64,000 nt of DNA from an uncultured Collinsella sp. (GTDB taxonomy: Bacteria > Actinomycetota > Coriobacteriia > Coriobacteriales > Coriobacteriaceae). The notes under the pieces were generated by a model. That model saw nothing but the letters and a program-made list of their open reading frames with translations. It did no database searches and was not told the origin of the DNA. The translations under genes were made by a program, and so were the position numbers. This document shows positions 59,822 to 64,000 of the stretch, one piece after another. The stretch spans positions 875 to 64,874 of the forward strand of contig CAAFUK010000055.1 in the NCBI GenBank assembly GCA_900766165.1. Direction: 5' to 3'. The number at the start of each line of letters is the position of its first letter. Position 1 is the stretch's first letter.

Positions 59822-60874
59822 CTAGTGCCTCATAAAGTGGTATTCGATCACATTGCTGTATGGGTGACCCGGGCCCACAATGCCCTGCGGGAACAGCGGC
59901 TGGTGCGGCGTGTCGGGGTACATCTCTGCCTCGAGGGCAAAGCCGGCGCCCCAGCTATAGTTGGCATCGTCTTTGGCGTGTTCGTCGCCCAGCCAGTTGC
60001 CGGTGTAGAGCTGCACGCCCGGGGCAGTGGTGTAATAGTCCAGCTCACGGCCGGTCCACATCTCCTCGACGTGCATCGCGCGGCGCAGATTACGGCCGTA
60101 CTGATAGCCATCGATGCACAGACAGTGATCGTAGCCACGGGCCTGCTTAATCTGCGGATCGTCGGTCTCCATGCCAGGCGCGACGGGGCGCAGCTCGCGA
60201 AAGTCAAACGGCGTGCCCTCGACCGGAGCAATCTCGCCGGTGGGGATGTTCTGCTCGTTGATGGGCAGGTAGTGGGCAGCGTTGGCAACAAAGAAGTGCT
60301 CGCAGTCCATGCCGGCGTTATGGCCGGCAAGGTTAAAGTACGTGTGGTTGGTCATGGACACGTAGGTGGCGCGGTCGCTCTCGCAGCCGTATTCGATACG
60401 GAAGCGGCCGGTGCGTGTCACGGTAAACACGGCCGTAAAGGTGCGGTTGCCGGGCAGGCCCAGCTCACCGTCCTCAAGCGAGGTGGTCATGCGCACGGCG
60501 TTATGGACCTCGTCGAGCTCAACATCCCACACGCGCTTGTGCAGACCATGCTCAAGATCGCTGTGCAGGTTGTTGACGCCTTCGTTGGCCGGCATATGCC
60601 AGTCCGTGCCGGCGATGGTGATCGTGGCGCCCGCGGTGCGGTTTGCCACGGGGCCGATGGTCGCGCCAAAGCAGGCGGGGTTGTCAAAGTAATCCTCGAG
60701 CTTATCGAAGCCCAGCACCACATCGCGCACGTTGCCGGGAATGTCGGGCACGTCGATGCCCAGCACGGTGGCGCCATAGTCCATAATGCGAACGCAGATC
60801 TCGGGCCCGTTGAGGGTGTAACGATGAACGGGGGTACCGCACGGCGCGGTGCCGAAAAGCTCGGAAGTGATCAT
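59822..60874 (-). CDS. galM: Aldose 1-epimerase (galactose mutarotase)
   Basis: DVVLGFD, GATIGPVANR, NNLH, TNHTYFNL, TPFDF, GYDH, PGVQLYTGN, GFALE. Confidence 0.93.
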   Translation of the reverse strand: MITSELFGTAPCGTPVHRYTLNGPEICVRIMDYGATVLGIDVPDIPGNVRDVVLGFDKLEDYFDNPACFGATIGPVANRTAGATITIAGTDWHMPANEGVNNLHSDLEHGLHKRVWDVELDEVHNAVRMTTSLEDGELGLPGNRTFTAVFTVTRTGRFRIEYGCESDRATYVSMTNHTYFNLAGHNAGMDCEHFFVANAAHYLPINEQNIPTGEIAPVEGTPFDFRELRPVAPGMETDDPQIKQARGYDHCLCIDGYQYGRNLRRAMHVEEMWTGRELDYYTTAPGVQLYTGNWLGDEHAKDDANYSWGAGFALEAEMYPDTPHQPLFPQGIVGPGHPYSNVIEYHFMRH

Positions 60875-61019
60875 TTGGTTCCTAACATCGAGGTATTTCC
60901 GACAAACTGTAGCGCGAACACGCGAGATTATCACTACACCCCACTAAAGCAGGGGGTATTTTTCTCAAAAAAGTGATGATTGGAGCTGTGCGGGCGTTCA
61001 TTTCTGACGCGCGCGAGTC

Positions 61020-61045
61020 TGATACAATTTGTTCGTTATTGTTTG
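61020..61045 (+). promoter_or_regulatory. Extended -10 and DeoR/LacR-like TTGTT direct repeats
   Basis: TGATACAAT followed by TTGTTCGTTATTGTTTG upstream of the DeoR gene. Confidence 0.4.
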
Positions 61046-61079
61046 AATTGACGTGAGCGTGGAACAGCGAGGACTCATC

Positions 61080-61844
61080 GTGATTAAAGCGGAGCGACAG
61101 GATAAGGTTCGGCAGCTGCTCGAGGAACAGGGAACGGTCTCGGTCAAGGAGATTTCGGATGCGTTAGGTGTCTCGGATATGACGATCCGCCGTGACCTTG
61201 AGGAGCTTGCGAGCCTGGGCGAGATCGAGCGCGTGCACGGCGGAGCCCGCAGTGCGCAGAGCCGTCCACACGCTATGCTGCGCCATGAGTATTCGCACAG
61301 CGAAAAGCGCACGAAGCATGCCGAGGAAAAGTTGCAGATTGCGCGCCGCGCCGTTGGGCTCATCGAGGAGGGCTCGACCATCTTTTTGGGGACGGGCACT
61401 ACAGTTGAGCAGATGGCCTCGATGCTGCCGGCGTGCCGCCTACGCATCGTGACTAATTCGCTTTCGGTGTTTAATCTGCTCGAGGCGCGCGAAGACTGCG
61501 ACCTGTGTCTCGTGGGCGGTATGTACCGTCGCCGCACTGCCGCCTTTGTGGGCCCCACGGCCGAGGACACCTTGCGCGCACTGGGGATCGACGCAGCCTT
61601 TATCGGCGCAAACGGCATTCTGGACGGCGACGTGTCTACGTCTAACATGGAAGAGGGCCGCATCCAGCAGCTCGCCTTTAGCAAGGCCGATTCACGCTAC
61701 CTCATCGCCGACTCCAGCAAGATCGGCAAGCGCGACTTCTACACCTTCTGCCGTCTGGACAGCCTGGACGCCGTAGTGTGCGAGCCGAGTATCTCGGTCG
61801 AGGACCGCGCCGCCATCGAGGAGCACACGCAGGTCATTTGCTAG
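61080..61844 (+). CDS. DeoR/GlpR-family (LacR-like) regulator
   Basis: GVSDMTIRRDL..L, RVHGGA, IFLGTGTT, VTNSL, FIGANGI, ADSSK. Confidence 0.93.
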   Translation: MIKAERQDKVRQLLEEQGTVSVKEISDALGVSDMTIRRDLEELASLGEIERVHGGARSAQSRPHAMLRHEYSHSEKRTKHAEEKLQIARRAVGLIEEGSTIFLGTGTTVEQMASMLPACRLRIVTNSLSVFNLLEAREDCDLCLVGGMYRRRTAAFVGPTAEDTLRALGIDAAFIGANGILDGDVSTSNMEEGRIQQLAFSKADSRYLIADSSKIGKRDFYTFCRLDSLDAVVCEPSISVEDRAAIEEHTQVIC

Positions 61845-61963
61845 CTAACGCCACGGGATTGCCAATGGGCGATGCGGGAGGACTTTTACCTCCTGTCATT
61901 GTGGAAACCAGCGCGTCAGCGCTACGCAATATGACGCGCAAATGAGGATTCCACTATCAAATC

Positions 61964-62261
61964 GTCTCAGCCTGTAACAGGTAGGGGTGAAACCACCAAC
62001 CAGATGTTACAGATCGAGATTTTTGGCTCGGCCTATTCCGTTTGTCTCGATCTGTAACAGCTAGGACCGAAAAATTCAGCTAGTTGTTACAGATTGAGAT
62101 TGAGAGGATTGACCTGTGCATTCATCTCAATCTGTAACATCTAGACGTCCAAAACCGGTCTTAGTGTTACAGATTGAGACAATTCGGCGGGGTCTACCTT
62201 GTTTGTCTCGATCTGTAACGGTTAGGACTTAACAACTCGGCTACGTGTTACAGATCGAGAC
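61964..62261. repeat. Array of eight 16-bp motifs in alternating orientation (four hairpin units, 80-81 bp period)
   Basis: RTCTCRATCTGTAACA-like at 61964, 62044, 62124, 62205; TGTTACAGATYGAGAY at 62005, 62085, 62165, 62246; spacers 25 bp and 23-24 bp. Confidence 0.9.
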
Positions 62262-62276
62262 AAAAGAAAAAGAACA

Positions 62277-63014
62277 TTAGGACTTGAAAATAAAGTTTTG
62301 ATAAGGGATTCGCCCAGTTAAGACGGTGCGGCAGACAATTGAGATTAGTTTGCCTCCGGAGTCGTAAGCATAATGAGTCAGTTCGATGACCGGAAGTTTT
62401 GCAACACCATAATTACTGGCTTCGGAATCGCTAAGCTGACGTGCTCTATAGCTTTCCCTAACAGATTGGATAGACTTGGACAAGTCGTCCATGGTTCTGC
62501 TAAATGCCTGAAAATCTAACTGGTTATTCGGAACGCGCGACTTTGAAATGAAGAACGTATCAGCGCCTATGAAGCTGCCTTCAAGTTCGTAGGTCAATTC
62601 AAGACGCTGAATTTCATCGCGACTTTGACATCCAAATTGTTGGAGCATCATTACGGAAATTGGACGACCTGATGTGAGGCCGCCGAAATGTTTGGTGATG
62701 GCATCCGGATCAACGCCATCGCAATGGCTTGCAAAGTCAAAGTCTAAAAGTGAATTGAGTTCGCTAACGCGTTTCGGTGCAACAAACGATCCCTTACCTT
62801 GGATTCGATAGATACTTCCACGACGCTCCAGCTCACTCATGGCAAGTCGGACGGTTGTTCTGCTTACGGCGTATTCGTCGCAGAGTTCCATTTCTGTTGG
62901 AAGTTTATCGTCTGCTTGATATTCATCGACGATCTGCTTGAGCAGCGCGTCGGTGAGCTGTAAATAGAGTGGCCGTTTTTCGTGTGTATCGAGCATTAGA
63001 GCCTCAGTTTGCAT
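62277..63014 (-). CDS. GntR (HutC/UTRA-type) regulator
   Basis: [32 protein letters not shown]. Confidence 0.88.
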   Translation of the reverse strand: MQTEALMLDTHEKRPLYLQLTDALLKQIVDEYQADDKLPTEMELCDEYAVSRTTVRLAMSELERRGSIYRIQGKGSFVAPKRVSELNSLLDFDFASHCDGVDPDAITKHFGGLTSGRPISVMMLQQFGCQSRDEIQRLELTYELEGSFIGADTFFISKSRVPNNQLDFQAFSRTMDDLSKSIQSVRESYRARQLSDSEASNYGVAKLPVIELTHYAYDSGGKLISIVCRTVLTGRIPYQNFIFKS

Positions 63015-63068
63015 GTTGGTTATACCTGATGGTTGCCTCAGTCGGGATGTAACGTGGGCAAGGTAACC

Positions 63069-63989
63069 TTAACGTATCACAGAGCGGCTCAGCATGACGA
63101 TCTGATGCCTGTATCCACGAAGGGCTTGTCCGAGCGTGAAGATATTCTGGGGCAGGCAAATACCGTTCATGGAGTCCCCGATATGTTGGAGGTCAGCGCC
63201 GGCTGCTTTTGCTGCAAGGCCTATTTTCTTAATGGTCTCGCTGTCGCAGGAGTCTTGACTCGTCCCGTTCGCCGCCATGACGAGAACCTTCTCTTCAATT
63301 GACTTGCCTACGTTGTGGGATCGTACAAAGTCTACGATGGCGCGCAGGTCTGCTTCTTGGAAGCAAGGGACGGTGTAGGGGGCTGGCACGAGAAGGATAT
63401 CGACGCCGAGGTCAACAAACTTGCGCGCAATTTCGAGCGTCATGACAGGTTCCGCAACGCCCGCTCCATGCATTTTTCCGGCTATGACCAGGCCATTGAA
63501 ATGCTCTTTGGAGAGTTTAATCGAATGGGCGATTGCATCGTTGGAGACGCCGGTTCCAGGGTTGCCCGTCAGGCAGATAAAATCAAATCCGAGTTCGTTA
63601 GCCTTTTCTAAGGTCTTGGGAGAGACGCGACGACCCATGGGGATTTCCGTTCGGGATTCAGACATCTCTGCCTCGTTATCAACTGGCTCCAGATTGACGC
63701 CAATGGGCCTTCCGCATGCTCGCTTCACCCAAGTGACCGGGTTTTCATTGAGATCATCTGGAACACCGGCAATAACTGGATCGAACACATCGAGCGCGTT
63801 AAACAGAAGCAGGTCGGCACCTGCGGCACGTTCGATTTCTGCATTAGTAACGCCGCCGAGAAATTGGGAAGAGGGTACGTTTTCCGCCATGATGGTACGT
63901 CCCTCGGAAGCCAGAATTGCCTGCTTTAGATCCATGGGTGACGTGGCGGCAAAATCGGATGCGGACATGTTCAGTAATCGTTTGGGCAT
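63069..63989 (-). CDS. Conserved TIM-barrel-like protein of unknown function
   Basis: AILASEGRT, GADLLLFN, GVNLEP, LTGNPGTGV, AGKMHGAG, GTSQ, HIGD; AGGAAG RBS. Confidence 0.7.
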   Translation of the reverse strand: MPKRLLNMSASDFAATSPMDLKQAILASEGRTIMAENVPSSQFLGGVTNAEIERAAGADLLLFNALDVFDPVIAGVPDDLNENPVTWVKRACGRPIGVNLEPVDNEAEMSESRTEIPMGRRVSPKTLEKANELGFDFICLTGNPGTGVSNDAIAHSIKLSKEHFNGLVIAGKMHGAGVAEPVMTLEIARKFVDLGVDILLVPAPYTVPCFQEADLRAIVDFVRSHNVGKSIEEKVLVMAANGTSQDSCDSETIKKIGLAAKAAGADLQHIGDSMNGICLPQNIFTLGQALRGYRHQIVMLSRSVIR

Positions 63990-64000
63990 TGTTACTTCCT

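Noticed and set aside
59480..60976. 498-aa plus-strand ORF
   Set aside because: Antisense to galM and to the IS110 fragment; no recognisable motifs
61964..62261. CRISPR array
   Set aside because: The repeats are only 16 bp and alternate in orientation, the inner spacers resemble each other, and no cas genes are in the window

Overview
High-GC gut actinobacterial chromosome segment. Gene content and style suggest Coriobacteriia (Collinsella-like); this assignment is inference. 1-20.3 kb is core genome: a complete histidine biosynthesis cluster led by a single-chain HisZ-HisG(short) fusion with a HisR-type operator, then yfcE-mazG-eno-divIC-ppx-tRNA-Leu(UAA), a PTS IIB/VOC pair and an OmpR-type two-component system. 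About 20.7-55.2 kb is an accessory, defence-rich island with no integrase visible in the window. It carries an orphan AbiEi, a degenerate methylase-TRD fusion, a soluble VirD4-like ATPase next to ClpP, a four-gene LlaI-like restriction-modification operon, and a WYL regulator coupled to a 1533-aa SF1 helicase with a HEPN-like tail. It also carries a DdmDE-like pair (SF2 helicase-PD-(D/E)xK nuclease plus a probable divergent Argonaute), a sortase-anchored CAP-domain surface protein, a nucleotidyltransferase pair and three tandem metallophosphoesterases. 55.2-64 kb returns to housekeeping genes (gluQ, DUF2207, galM, DeoR, GntR). This last part also holds an IS110/IS1111 remnant that keeps its 3' non-coding (bridge/seekRNA-candidate) end, and an 8-copy alternating inverted-repeat array. 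Several distinct families of intergenic hairpin/MITE-like elements occur across the window. All protein calls come from motifs read by eye; no database searches were run.
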